DNA of 62,447 nucleotides, the filler included, from Candidatus Ancaeobacter aquaticus (GTDB lineage: Bacteria; Auribacterota; Ancaeobacteria; Ancaeobacterales; Ancaeobacteraceae), in the NCBI GenBank assembly GCA_030765405.1. It is 6 parts of 6 records of this genome, joined end to end, with 100 filler letters (N's around TTAATTAATTAA, not from the genome) between each part and the next. Parts side by side here need not be neighbours in the genome. Positions count along the whole stretch, not along the records: positions 1 to 6,102 come from JAVCCP010000077.1; positions 6,203 to 15,751 come from JAVCCP010000076.1; 4 more parts are not named here. One strand, written 5' to 3'. Below are positions 1 through 10,009 of this stretch, one piece after another. Position 1 is the stretch's first letter; every line of letters begins with the position of its first letter. Below the pieces are notes generated by a model. The model did no database searches. It saw only the letters and a program-made list of their open reading frames with translations, and was not told where the DNA came from. Position numbers and translations under genes: made by a program.

Positions 1-193
1 CATTGATCGTTACTCCTCTTTCCTTTTCTTCAGGGGCATTATCAATATCATCAAACTTCTTCAAATCCGCTAATCCTTGCTTTGCCAATGTTCCGATTAT
101 CGCTGCAGTGAGTGTTGTCTTACCATGATCCACGTGCCCGATCGTTCCAATATTTACGTGCGGCTTTGACCTTTCAAATTTTTCCTTTGCCAT
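1..193 (-). CDS. tuf: Elongation factor Tu, 5' part (runs off window start)
   Basis: Own translation: [31 protein letters not shown]...[17 protein letters not shown] at 193; not in ORF track because it is open at the edge. Confidence 0.98.
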   Translation of the reverse strand, partial: MAKEKFERSKPHVNIGTIGHVDHGKTTLTAAIIGTLAKQGLADLKKFDDIDNAPEEKERGVTIN

Positions 194-276
194 TTCTCTC
201 CCCCTTTATTTCCTTACTCTCTTTTTTCTTTTTTTTAAAAGCGTCTTTGTTTTTATACATCTTATGATTAATTCTT

Positions 277-349
<73 letters not shown>

Positions 350-632
350 AAATTCGGCTGAGAAAAGTATTTATACAACTATCACCTCTATCTTAACTTC
401 AAATAAAGATACTTCACCTGCACATAAAATATACGGGTAAATTTTTGCGTTCGAACATATTACCAGAAGGCGAAATTATGTCAAGAAGAAAATATAATGC
501 CAGAATAAATATTTTTTGCAAGAGAAAAATAGTACTTTTTTTCTTTTTTATGGATGAGAGCCAAAAGCTCAAACTTTCCACTCTCCAAAAAGGGGTACTA
601 TGACTTTCGAAAACCACCGCATTTCGCTCCAT

Positions 633-1388
633 TTACGAATTTTGTGACTCAGCACCTTCCGGGGTTTCCGCTTTTACCTTGTACTTGGCAAGAAACACAC
701 TCGCTTCCTGTGCCTTTGCAATTAAATCGTCACAGAGAGGAGTGATTTCTTTGGCTTTTGTATCACTGACCTGAATAACCCGTGCCTTAAGATTGATACC
801 ACCGCTTTCAAGTGACGCAATAACTTCCTTCATCTTTGTAATACTCTCCTCAAAATCTCCTATAACATAGTTCAGATCCTGATACAAATCCTTGAACTCA
901 TCATGTTTTCTAAAATAGGTACGCGTTCTCAGATCACCTTTTTTTATTTCCTTGAGTGATTTATTGACATGATATATCGGACCCGCTATACGATTTGAGA
1001 GAAATACCCCCTCCAAAAAAATAATTATCAGAAGCAGTATAATAACAGGGATGATCTTAACCTGTGTTCTCATAAAACTATCTTTAAGCTGCTTAAGCAA
1101 ATGATCACTTAAAAGATCCGCCTCTTTATCAATATCCTGGCTATTGATCGTTGCATCACCAGAACGAACATCTTCATATGCCTTAATTCTCTGCGCGGTA
1201 ACAATCTTTTGCCCGATAACAATCTGTGAATATTCTTTTTTAAGCACTGTCCAAACAGAAAAGTACATACCAACACCAACAATAACATTTACCACAACAA
1301 CAGTAAGAAGAATCATGCAGACATACCTTAACTGTAATTTCTTATCAATTAAGTATCGCCTTCTTCTCTCATGAGCACCCATACGCAC
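633..1388 (-). CDS. Membrane protein with two TM helices, HAMP domain and short coiled coil
   Basis: Two hydrophobic segments, then SNRIAGPIYHVNKSLKEIKKGDL...RKHDEFKDL HAMP pattern. Confidence 0.75.
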   Translation of the reverse strand: MRMGAHERRRRYLIDKKLQLRYVCMILLTVVVVNVIVGVGMYFSVWTVLKKEYSQIVIGQKIVTAQRIKAYEDVRSGDATINSQDIDKEADLLSDHLLKQLKDSFMRTQVKIIPVIILLLIIIFLEGVFLSNRIAGPIYHVNKSLKEIKKGDLRTRTYFRKHDEFKDLYQDLNYVIGDFEESITKMKEVIASLESGGINLKARVIQVSDTKAKEITPLCDDLIAKAQEASVFLAKYKVKAETPEGAESQNS

Positions 1389-1455
1389 TCCTTATAGTAT
1401 CTATTGTTTATACTGTAAACATCACTTCTCAAATAGTTACTGTACTATATTCTCA

Positions 1456-2772
1456 TTAAAATGTATACATAACAAGACCGGAAGAAACCTTTGGATAGAA
1501 ATCTGTAGATTTTTGCGGCATCTTCTCTCCAGATTGGGCAACCGCTCTTACTTCGTCAACTTTTGTCGGGTTGAGAAAAAATGTTACTTGATACAGGCCC
1601 TCATTAACCCCCTGAACACCATCAATAGGGTCTCTTACATACGAAAGATTATCTTCCCCGGCAACCTTTTCCTGGCTGATCCCTAAGATTTTCTCAATAA
1701 TAAACCGGTGAAGAATTGTTACATCAAGGCCTGAGACAACATCGCTCATATCTTTACCGATAAGCTGTTTTACATCTATTTCTTCTTTTAAGGTAAGTAG
1801 GTATTTTACACCCTTACCGGCAACACCAAAACAATTTTTCCCTTCACGTTGCCCTGCAGACATTGCATCGAGCATGTTCTTTAACGACGCATCTTCTGAT
1901 CCAGCATCATCTATTTTTACAATCTCAAAATACTCACCCGATGTAGCTATAAAATTATCAATAGTAAATCCATCCATGTTCTTCACCATACGGTGCGTCG
2001 GAAGAACGGTGAGACCGTCTGATTCCATAGAAACAAAGTACGCTACCCGAAAACACGCATCGTGATCACTCCCTATACCCTGTTCCTTTATAAGGTAATC
2101 CCGATAATTGAGCGCAACCTCGTATCGATGGTGCCCATCTGCAATAAATATCTTCTTATCGCTCATACCATCACATACCGCATTAGCAGAAGCACTGTCA
2201 TCAACACGTTTTAATACATGGCCAACACCATATTCATCGCAGAAATCAAACATTATCGTTGTAGGCGCTATATCGAGTACATTTTTAATAGCCACGTCTT
2301 TATCATTATAGAGCATGAATATCTGTTCAAAATTAGTATTACATTTCTTAATAAGCTCGAATCGATCAGCTTTTGGCTTTGAGAGTGTCTGTTCATGAGG
2401 ATACACACCACCTTTTCCCAGCTCAGCTAACCTAAGCAAAGAGATAAATCCACGGCGCATTTTCTTCTCACCGAGGGGCGTCGTATATGTCTGTTCATAG
2501 ATGTATATGGTAGGCGCATCATCTTGTTTCAACACCTCTTCATCTTGCCATTTTTTGAACAGTTCTCGCGCCCGGGTATACCGATTATTGTCTTCAGTAT
2601 CAGATGATGCGATCTTATTTAAAATGAGTTGCACAAAATTATATGGACTTCTCGCATAATATTCGTCCTGAAGTGTTGGTTTTATTTTATCGTACGGTTG
2701 CGTTACCACATCTTTAATGTCAACTTTATCTCTATTGTAATACATCCCTCTAAAAGGTTTTATCTCAGCCAT
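1456..2772 (-). CDS. DUF1015 family protein
   Basis: MAEIKPFRG, QPYD, PHEQT, IADGHHRYE, MPQKSTDFYPK family motifs. Confidence 0.92.
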   Translation of the reverse strand: MAEIKPFRGMYYNRDKVDIKDVVTQPYDKIKPTLQDEYYARSPYNFVQLILNKIASSDTEDNNRYTRARELFKKWQDEEVLKQDDAPTIYIYEQTYTTPLGEKKMRRGFISLLRLAELGKGGVYPHEQTLSKPKADRFELIKKCNTNFEQIFMLYNDKDVAIKNVLDIAPTTIMFDFCDEYGVGHVLKRVDDSASANAVCDGMSDKKIFIADGHHRYEVALNYRDYLIKEQGIGSDHDACFRVAYFVSMESDGLTVLPTHRMVKNMDGFTIDNFIATSGEYFEIVKIDDAGSEDASLKNMLDAMSAGQREGKNCFGVAGKGVKYLLTLKEEIDVKQLIGKDMSDVVSGLDVTILHRFIIEKILGISQEKVAGEDNLSYVRDPIDGVQGVNEGLYQVTFFLNPTKVDEVRAVAQSGEKMPQKSTDFYPKVSSGLVMYTF

Positions 2773-2776
2773 TTTA

Positions 2777-3040
2777 TCACCCGTTCCATTGTTGAATAAG
2801 TTCTTGAATTAACATAACCTCAGCTCGGATAGCCCATACCGCTCCCAGCGTAAGAAACACGATAACGATTGTCAACACCGCCTTGGAGAATCTACTAAAC
2901 CGCGGACTATACCACAGAAGCGGTAACGCAAATATTCCCAAAACAAAAAAAAGCATAACCAATACAAATGCTCTGCTATAATACCATTTTGCATTATCTT
3001 TTCTAGTAGTGTTTTCTGCTTTTTTTTCGTGCATATCCAC
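2777..3040 (-). CDS. Small membrane protein (two TM helices)
   Basis: KWYYSRAFVLVMLFFVLGIFALPLLWYSPRFS...; tightly packed in the operon. Confidence 0.7.
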   Translation of the reverse strand: MDMHEKKAENTTRKDNAKWYYSRAFVLVMLFFVLGIFALPLLWYSPRFSRFSKAVLTIVIVFLTLGAVWAIRAEVMLIQELIQQWNG

Positions 3041-3041
3041 C

Positions 3042-3575
3042 CTATAACTTTCCTTCCTTCACCAATTTCCTATATATATTTCGCGCTTTGTTAAAAAAGT
3101 GAATCGCTTTTTCACTTTTATAATCCGAGTACGTCCAGCTATACCCGTGACATGTCTTATCTTCATAATAAAGTGTTGGCTGTGCATATATTCCGCGGGC
3201 AATGTACACACGATACGTAGCATCTTTCGTTGTTGCTAGAATCATTTTTGCCTGATCTATTAATCCGGGATCAATATTGACCTGTCTTCTGCCATCCTTT
3301 GTGTACTGGTCTTCTAATACGTTTGAGTGGATCTTAATATCAGCAATATCCCCGGGACAAACCAATCGCCCAAAAGCAATATACTGACGAAGAATGTTAT
3401 CACCCATTTCATCATTGTAATAGTTAGTACAACGAAAGGGAATAATTTCGCTCTCACAATCTATTTCACCATAGGAATCTATAAGTGCATTCTTTATCGA
3501 TGTGAGATGCCCTTGATCTATACTGAGAAGACCCGCAATAAGTTTTACTTTGGCAGGAATAACTGCTTCACCCAT
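3042..3575 (-). CDS. DUF4416 family protein
   Basis: YYNDEMG, RQVNIDPG, LATTKD...RVYIARGIYA, WTYSDY motifs. Confidence 0.88.
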   Translation of the reverse strand: MGEAVIPAKVKLIAGLLSIDQGHLTSIKNALIDSYGEIDCESEIIPFRCTNYYNDEMGDNILRQYIAFGRLVCPGDIADIKIHSNVLEDQYTKDGRRQVNIDPGLIDQAKMILATTKDATYRVYIARGIYAQPTLYYEDKTCHGYSWTYSDYKSEKAIHFFNKARNIYRKLVKEGKL

Positions 3576-3587
3576 ACAAACTCAATC

Positions 3588-4793
3588 TTAGTTTTTACCG
3601 CACACTTCTTTAAAAATAGTAAACTGCTCTTTTTTCTTAAGCATCGAATCATATGAAAAAAGTATGATCCCGTCAACATCAAGTGAAACGGTGTCTTTAA
3701 GTTCCTGCTCATAGATATTCATGCGTGCTTTAAGAAGGTACGCGCCTATGCCGGTATATATCTTACTCTCATCATTTTCAAACGCTTTACCTGCGATCGT
3801 CACATATCGATACAACAGCGGATCTATCGAATAATTCATCAGGCACGCGTTATCAACAATGTTTTCATTAAGCCATCTACGCCAATCCTGAAATGCACTG
3901 AGGTACGCCCTATCGGCATAACACACTACTGCTGTAGAAAGTTCTATGCGTTTATTTTTTTTCTTAACTATCTTGAACGCTTTTTTTACAAAATCTGTTA
4001 TCTGTTCACGACGCCAGTCATCCCATTTTTGCATGTTATTGGTGACCATATCAGGCTTAAGCGGATTCATACCATATTTCTTCTGAAACCGTTTACAGCT
4101 CTCTTTTCCGTATCCGTACGAAATCCCTTTAGGAAATCTACTTCCGGGAGAAAAAGGTACCGTATAGGGCAACCTGATAAAATCAAGCTGCACGCCATCT
4201 ATAGACTTATATCGCGCGACTATTTCTTTTACTACACCCAGCATATATTTTTGTACTCGAAGATCACCCGGATCAAGCCAGTATCCTGTCCCGTCAGCTT
4301 CATAGTATGTATTATCTTTACCGGGCAACTGCAAATTCGGATACTCAAGCATTGACCGGCCCTTGTTATCACGTGTGACAACGCTCGGTCCATACTTCTT
4401 AATAATCGGAGATTTTTTATTGCGGCCAATACGAAAAATGTTTATCCACGCATGCACTTTTATATCACGTTTATGTGCCTCAGATATAACAAACTTCAAA
4501 AGATCTTTTTTTTCTTTTTTATAGAAGTTTTTATACGGGCGGTTATCGTAACTGTTTGTTTTAAACCATGCCTTGTCATGCCGAAACACCTGCACATAGA
4601 TGGTATTCATGCCGTTTGTTTTGACATCATCTAGCATAGCTATTATCTTGCTTGATGACGAAAGTGTGTCATTACTCCCCATGCACTCAACCCATACACC
4701 GGTTGCGGTATCACTATAGAGATCGTGCGAAGCACAAGCTGATATAATCAGGGAGGAAAAAAGTATAAGAATAAATGCTATGCATTTTTTCAT
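3588..4793 (-). CDS. Glycosyl hydrolase-like 10 (GHL10/YddW-like) lipoprotein
   Basis: Lipobox ISAC; GMNTIYVQV, IKVHAWIN, WLDPG, DGVQLDFIR, QDWRRWL. Confidence 0.85.
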   Translation of the reverse strand: MKKCIAFILILFSSLIISACASHDLYSDTATGVWVECMGSNDTLSSSSKIIAMLDDVKTNGMNTIYVQVFRHDKAWFKTNSYDNRPYKNFYKKEKKDLLKFVISEAHKRDIKVHAWINIFRIGRNKKSPIIKKYGPSVVTRDNKGRSMLEYPNLQLPGKDNTYYEADGTGYWLDPGDLRVQKYMLGVVKEIVARYKSIDGVQLDFIRLPYTVPFSPGSRFPKGISYGYGKESCKRFQKKYGMNPLKPDMVTNNMQKWDDWRREQITDFVKKAFKIVKKKNKRIELSTAVVCYADRAYLSAFQDWRRWLNENIVDNACLMNYSIDPLLYRYVTIAGKAFENDESKIYTGIGAYLLKARMNIYEQELKDTVSLDVDGIILFSYDSMLKKKEQFTIFKEVCGKN

Positions 4794-4822
4794 GAATCGT
4801 CTTCTTCGTTTATACCGGAATA

Positions 4823-4981
4823 CTAAATAGCCATTCCTGGCGCGCCTTTAAATTGACCTTCCCATGGTTCTGGCCGTGCCCATGGAAGCGGAGAGCCTCC
4901 TTCGGGTGTGTGACCACATCCAGACAGTAAAACCATTCCTAGAGAAAATATCATAAGGGTAACTACAATAATTCTTTTCAT
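4823..4981 (-). CDS. Small lipoprotein (start moved to ATG at 4981)
   Basis: MKRIIVVTLMIFSLGMVLLSGC lipobox, then SPLPWARPEPWEG. Confidence 0.7.
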   Translation of the reverse strand: MKRIIVVTLMIFSLGMVLLSGCGHTPEGGSPLPWARPEPWEGQFKGAPGMAI

Positions 4982-5132
4982 TATAACTCCACTATACGCT
5001 ACAACTATTGGTATACAAGTAGGGGGTAACCCGCATTTTTCAAAAAAGTCTATTGCAAAGATATATCTACCTGAAACTGCTGATTTAAGCTTCCTCAAAG
5101 TCCTCGACGTACTATATATGAGTACGAAGTAA

Positions 5133-5930
5133 CTAAAATTTCTTTACGCTATCATCTTCTTCGGGATATTCATTTTTCTGAAGCCATTCCGGTAGAATCT
5201 GGCATGCAGCCATTTTCTCATACACACGATCTACCCTGACCTTTCCAACAAGCTGTTTTCCTCTATGTACAATGAGTATCTCGCCGACAGGGATCTTATC
5301 TTGTTCACCGAGATTAATGATAACAAAATTATATTTCGGGTTTACCACAAGTATATTGCCGCTAAACTTCAGCTCTGAACGAACAAAGATATCATCGAGA
5401 TTAACCGGCGGCTGATCCTTTTTCGCAAGTTCCTGCAACTGGTCGTTTAATTCGTCACGTTCCTCTTCAGTTTGCCTCAGTTTTGACAATAATTCTCTTT
5501 TTTGTCCTTTGAGTTCAGTAACAGTGTCTTTTAAACCGCTACCGGAAGAACTGCTTTCGCGAGCCAACCGCAACTGTTTCATAAGCGCTAATGCCGCCTG
5601 TTGTTTTTCCTGTAGTTTCTTTTTCAGTACTTCCTTTTCTCTCTTTTCCATTTCAAGGAGTGAGGATAACTGCCGTGCCTCTTCTTTTGCCGCGTCTCTT
5701 TCACCTTCAACTTCTTTTTTAACGGCAATAACATCGGTCAGTTCTTTTTTAATTGAGTCACGTTCACCTTCGAGACCCTTTGCTTTATCTTCTATAATTT
5801 GTATCTGCTCAACGAGCTCTATTCTTTTTGCTTTTTCACCATGGTATTTTTTGTGGAGAAACACAGAAAGGACAATAAAAGTAATGCCAAGAACAATTGC
5901 GAGTAAGAGACCGATTTTTATAAGTTTCAT
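5133..5930 (-). CDS. Membrane-anchored coiled-coil protein with small C-terminal beta domain
   Basis: N-terminal TM, long heptad region, C-terminal VNPKYNFVIINLG...VGKVRV. Confidence 0.7.
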   Translation of the reverse strand: MKLIKIGLLLAIVLGITFIVLSVFLHKKYHGEKAKRIELVEQIQIIEDKAKGLEGERDSIKKELTDVIAVKKEVEGERDAAKEEARQLSSLLEMEKREKEVLKKKLQEKQQAALALMKQLRLARESSSSGSGLKDTVTELKGQKRELLSKLRQTEEERDELNDQLQELAKKDQPPVNLDDIFVRSELKFSGNILVVNPKYNFVIINLGEQDKIPVGEILIVHRGKQLVGKVRVDRVYEKMAACQILPEWLQKNEYPEEDDSVKKF

Positions 5931-6102
5931 AGTGCAGAAGTGTATACTGTTAACAATAAGAAGTCAATAATATACGTAACCGGTGAGCAAAAGGGGGGAC
6001 AATAACAAAATAAAACCCGCATAACTAAAGATAGATCTAAGATTAAAAAAAACGAGCCGAAAAGTTTTTATACTTCCGGTTTATTTTTTTATGTTGACAG
6101 TA

Positions 6103-6202
6103 NNNNNNNNNNNNNNNNNNNNNNNNNNNNNNNNNNNNNNNNNNNNTTAATTAATTAANNNNNNNNNNNNNNNNNNNNNNNNNNNNNNNNNNNNNNNNNN
6201 NN
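6103..6202. other. Assembly gap with artificial TTAATTAATTAA linker
   Basis: 100-nt N block with a stop-in-all-frames linker, identical at all five gaps. Confidence 0.97.
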
Positions 6203-6282
6203 ACAACCGACTAGAGTTGTGCACAATAAAACAATTAGATACAACTTCTTTGATACAAATACCCTTAACATATTATTCTCTC

Positions 6283-6702
6283 CTAAAATCGTGAGGTATG
6301 ATAAGCAAAATCACGCACCTTACCATTTTTATCATATTTAATAATAATGGTTAATGTTCGTTGATTGGTTGATACTGCTCCAGATCTACCAATGGTTAAA
6401 AATTTTATTCCTGCAGCACTATCTGAATATACAACATCTGTGGCAACCTTATCGTATAACCATACTTCTCTTCTCTCCTCGTCAGTTGAAACAACATTTG
6501 GGGATCCTAATACCTGCGCTACATCCGCAGAACTCATTCCTATTGCAATTTTTCTTTGAACAGTCCCAACAGTGACTCTGTCACCTGAATCATCCTGAAC
6601 CTGGTTCCTTTGATAACTAGCTGATGCGCAACCCGATACAAGGAATACACACACTAGCAAGCAATGTATTAGCTTTATTTTACTTTTTCTTTCAGAACTC
6701 AT
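6283..6702 (-). CDS. SmpA/OmlA (BamE-like) lipoprotein
   Basis: Lipobox VSGC; IGMSSADVAQVLGSP...EVWLYD...KYDKNGKVRD. Confidence 0.75.
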   Translation of the reverse strand: MSSERKSKIKLIHCLLVCVFLVSGCASASYQRNQVQDDSGDRVTVGTVQRKIAIGMSSADVAQVLGSPNVVSTDEERREVWLYDKVATDVVYSDSAAGIKFLTIGRSGAVSTNQRTLTIIIKYDKNGKVRDFAYHTSRF

Positions 6703-6886
6703 TTATCCTCCTTCTAAATTGTTAATTTGTTTGTAGACTTACGTTTTCTACAAATAGACTTGCCTAATTTTCCAAAAAACAACAGTCCCGCCATTATACA
6801 TATTACTAGTTATATTACAAGTAATATCTTATATTTTTTTTACTGTCCGCTCTTCTCGGGACCGATTACTGATAAATTCTATTACA

Positions 6887-7201
6887 TTATTTGGAAGGCA
6901 AAAGACCTATTAGCAGGACAGGAACAGGGATCGTGAGTGAAGAGAAATGTTCTAAAGCATATTCAAATGAAGCCATGTTGCTTATACTGCCTGGGTTACG
7001 TTTTGGGAAAAATTTAATAGGATCTGTAGGCACAATCAAAACTGCGAGAGTTAACAGTTTTTTGGCAAACCCATAATGAAATTTGTAATAATCTCTATAA
7101 ATTGTCGGTGAATTACCAAATTGTATTTCAACAAACACACCATTTTTAGAAAAATTACCTTTATGTCTTGGTTTTTCACTTATAAAGTCTATCGTATATC
7201 T
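6887..7201 (-). pseudogene. C-terminal fragment of a BglII/BstYI-like type II restriction endonuclease
   Basis: 104 open codons: TIDFISEK...VFVEIQFGN...YRDYYKF...AVLIVP...MASFE...VPVLLIGL resembles the BglII-family DF...VEVQFG and P..LIG pattern; no start codon with RBS. Confidence 0.55.
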
Positions 7202-7933
7202 CTAAATAGTTTGCGTGTTATTCTCTGGTCTCTTTCCAACCAATGTCCAACCCTTGAGTTTATTGATTTTGACAGAGGCTGATTTTGCTGTTGCTGAATA
7301 TTTAAGATCAAAGAAATCATTGATATAAGCTGATAAATCATCATGGCTTGGATCAAAGCTAAACTCTTTTGTGCATGCCCATTTCTTTTCAAGCACACAA
7401 AAACAAAACACAAAAGATACTTTTTTAGTTATATTTTTAGAACATTTCTGAAATGAATCTTTAAATTTATCAAATAATGTTGGAATAGTTTTATTGCCGA
7501 TGTTTTTTAAAGTATGGAACCAATTTCCATATATATTTTCTCTTATAAGCTTTTCAATATCTTTTCTAATATCTTCAACCTTAGGGTTATGGGCTTTAAA
7601 CTCAACATTAACCACTTTCTCAAATGCATTACCACTATTGATGAACATACTTAAATCAGTAGATGCACTCACTGGGGTTTGCCCTTTTTGCTGGTACACA
7701 TTCTTCGTTGGGGTCTCCATCGAATAGAAATAATTTAAATTATTTAGCACACTGCAATATAACACTCTGGCTTCTTGTTCGCTTATACGTATTTTGCCAC
7801 TTCTTTTCTGTGGGAATATTAGGTGTGGTGATAGACTATTTAATTTGCTGTTAACATTAGCAACATTCCATAAATTAAAACAGACTCTCTTGTTGATTTC
7901 ATGAACATCCTTAACAATCTGTTGTTGATTCAT
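7202..7933 (-). CDS. Hypothetical protein, putative PD-(D/E)XK nuclease; paralog of 60968-61669
   Basis: ASTDL...VNVEFK motif; about 92% aa identity to the contig-6 copy by manual alignment. Confidence 0.6.
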   Translation of the reverse strand: MNQQQIVKDVHEINKRVCFNLWNVANVNSKLNSLSPHLIFPQKRSGKIRISEQEARVLYCSVLNNLNYFYSMETPTKNVYQQKGQTPVSASTDLSMFINSGNAFEKVVNVEFKAHNPKVEDIRKDIEKLIRENIYGNWFHTLKNIGNKTIPTLFDKFKDSFQKCSKNITKKVSFVFCFCVLEKKWACTKEFSFDPSHDDLSAYINDFFDLKYSATAKSASVKINKLKGWTLVGKRPENNTQTI

Positions 7934-7969
7934 TTTTTGTTTCCCAAAATTATTAATTATTTTTCGTTA

Positions 7970-8029
7970 CGCTAACAACTAAACTCAACGGCACTAGGTG
8001 CAAATATCCGCCAGAGCTTTTTATTGGCC
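7970..8029 (-). mobile_element. Degenerate integron attC site
   Basis: Minus strand GGCCAAT-5nt-GCTCTGGC...GTTGAGT-6nt-GTTAGCG, 60 bp, canonical R''/L''/L'/R' spacing, central GCAC-CTA-GTGC hairpin, just after the stop of 8039-8503. Confidence 0.6.
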
Positions 8030-8038
8030 ATTGATTCC

Positions 8039-8503
8039 CTATTTCAATCCAAGCTGCGCCTTTTGGATAAGTTTGTCATTCTGGAACATTGCATTCATAT
8101 TACTTCCATTGTTATTCACCCATTGATACATAACAGTAACAAGGGATTTCATAACTCCAGGAACACCATCCATTTTGTTACTAGATATTTCTTCTCCCTC
8201 GGCACCTATAATTTTAACAACTTGTCTGTACGACATGCCATTTTTAATTTGCTTGTACTCGTCATATGTCACAATTTGCTTTCCTAAGCTTGGAAGTTTT
8301 AATCCTGCTTTTGGCTTGGAAGAAGAAGTTGTGCTTTCTTCCATTATTGAAAATATCACACCAATAAGAAAAAGGAGTAATAACCCTGCCACAATGTAGG
8401 TCAAGCATCCTGTTTTCTTTTTCAAAACCGCGCCACAATTTGGACACGCCTCAGCTTTTGAACTGACTTCTTTGCCACATTCTTTACATTTTTTCATTGC
8501 CAT
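8039..8503 (-). CDS. Zinc-ribbon + TM + DUF3862-like protein
   Basis: CKEC...CPNC, TM helix, then YKQIKNGMSY..VVKIIG...YQW...FQNDKL..KAQ. Confidence 0.75.
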   Translation of the reverse strand: MAMKKCKECGKEVSSKAEACPNCGAVLKKKTGCLTYIVAGLLLLFLIGVIFSIMEESTTSSSKPKAGLKLPSLGKQIVTYDEYKQIKNGMSYRQVVKIIGAEGEEISSNKMDGVPGVMKSLVTVMYQWVNNNGSNMNAMFQNDKLIQKAQLGLK

Positions 8504-8575
8504 GATCTTACTCCTTTATTGCTAACCATTAATATCTAACTTACTTTTAGGTCATAAGATTCTTTTTTATATATT

Positions 8576-8854
8576 TCACAACCCTTGTTTCTCAATTATT
8601 CTCATTAATCTATCTGCCCTTGCCTGAGCTCTTTTGATTTGTTTTGCTATTTCTATTTGTTTGGTTGTCGGTTTCATTCGCCCACCAACATCTCGATGGT
8701 TACTATCCGGGAGCTCACTAAACATCCTAGTCAATTCCTGAATATTATTCTCAACAACATTCAACATCTGATAAATATTATCTACATTAATATCTTTCTT
8801 ATGAACAACAACACTTCTCTTTGTTTTTGGCGCTTCTTTCTTTTTTGAAGCCAT
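8576..8854 (-). CDS. Small basic hypothetical protein; paralog of 53583-53861
   Basis: AAGGAG RBS; 83/92 aa identical to the second copy. Confidence 0.8.
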   Translation of the reverse strand: MASKKKEAPKTKRSVVVHKKDINVDNIYQMLNVVENNIQELTRMFSELPDSNHRDVGGRMKPTTKQIEIAKQIKRAQARADRLMRIIEKQGL

Positions 8855-8881
8855 AAATCACTCCTTGGTTATATTAATTGC

Positions 8882-9454
8882 TCAATTCTCACACCCAAAT
8901 ATTTCTTTTATCTTTTCTCCTGTAGGTCTACATGAAAAAATATAGTCTTTATAAATCCATAAATTACTATTGGGCAATTTTTGAGGTTTCTTCTTGGCTT
9001 TCTCTAATAAAGATTTTGGTAAATACACAGGCTTGTCGAGTCCATCCAGCACTACTTCCGCTTTTTCAACGAGCTCTGATTTATCTATGAGCGAATGATA
9101 ACAATTATAATACTGTTCCAATGTCATTTCCGAATCGATCATATCAACCCATTCACAACTTGTGCAACGCGTTCTTTTTATCTTTGGATCATAATAAGCT
9201 GTCTTCTTTTTACATTTCGGACAGTTGCATATAGTATGGATCAGTTGGTCTTTTTTATTTCTTAACGCACGAGGAAGCTCGACCTGCTCTTCATCATCTT
9301 CATCCTCTCTTTCATTTACTGCAAAACGTTCAGCATCCTTATCTTGCATATATTCACTCAGTGGTTCTAAAATCCATTCTACAGTTCTCATATATATTTT
9401 ATAGAGTATATAAAGAATCAACACTGCAATTAGAATTAAAATTATAATAGCCAT
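8882..9454 (-). CDS. Hypothetical membrane protein with CxxC...CxxC zinc ribbon
   Basis: N-terminal TM; CPKC...CTSC. Confidence 0.65.
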   Translation of the reverse strand: MAIIILILIAVLILYILYKIYMRTVEWILEPLSEYMQDKDAERFAVNEREDEDDEEQVELPRALRNKKDQLIHTICNCPKCKKKTAYYDPKIKRTRCTSCEWVDMIDSEMTLEQYYNCYHSLIDKSELVEKAEVVLDGLDKPVYLPKSLLEKAKKKPQKLPNSNLWIYKDYIFSCRPTGEKIKEIFGCEN

Positions 9455-9695
9455 ATTGCCTACCTCTGATATCTATAAGTAAATATTTATTTCACAATTC
9501 AAAACCTGACCCCATTTTTTCAAAGTCTAAATAGAGATCTTTTTTAAATACTAATGCAACTTAGGCGAAGCAACTCCGATCACCCCACTTGATACCCAAA
9601 ACATCTTCTTTGATATCGGGTGTTTAAATGTTTATAAAGTCACTCTTAATAGGTGTGCCCCCTTTTCCTTTCACCCACGCTTGAATTGTTATGTT

Positions 9696-9959
9696 TCATT
9701 TTACTTGCCATTCTGCTATTTGATCAAACAAATCTTTTTCAATATAATCCTCTTTGGTAGTCAGCACTTTGCTTCCACCGATTGGAATTTCTCCTTCCAG
9801 AAGAAGTGTATAGACTTCAAAACCGTCACTATCTAGCCCTTGTAACTCAACAAGAACCTCTGTATCATCAGAATCATTCCCAACTAAAGCCTTAATTGCA
9901 AAAGATATTCTATCATTATCGTCTGGCATTACTTTCACAGCAATATCACTCACTTTCAT
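9696..9959 (-). CDS. Small acidic hypothetical protein
   Basis: GGGAGG RBS, 87 aa with plausible beta-rich composition. Confidence 0.65.
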   Translation of the reverse strand: MKVSDIAVKVMPDDNDRISFAIKALVGNDSDDTEVLVELQGLDSDGFEVYTLLLEGEIPIGGSKVLTTKEDYIEKDLFDQIAEWQVK

Positions 9960-10009
9960 TATTAAAGCCCTCCCTTATTTTTATTTGTAACTATTACTTA
10001 TAAGTATTC

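Noticed and set aside
6147..6158. TTAATTAATTAA palindrome repeated five times
   Set aside because: Always centred in a 100-nt N block; it is an artificial scaffold linker
7202..7204. Genome-wide amber recoding
   Set aside because: TAG ends several ordinary genes here (e.g. 8039-8503, 47339-48955) and long genes have no internal TAG
9670..9695. ACATAACAATTCAAGC after the 9696-9959 gene as an attC start
   Set aside because: Spacing is wrong and there is no matching L'/R' half
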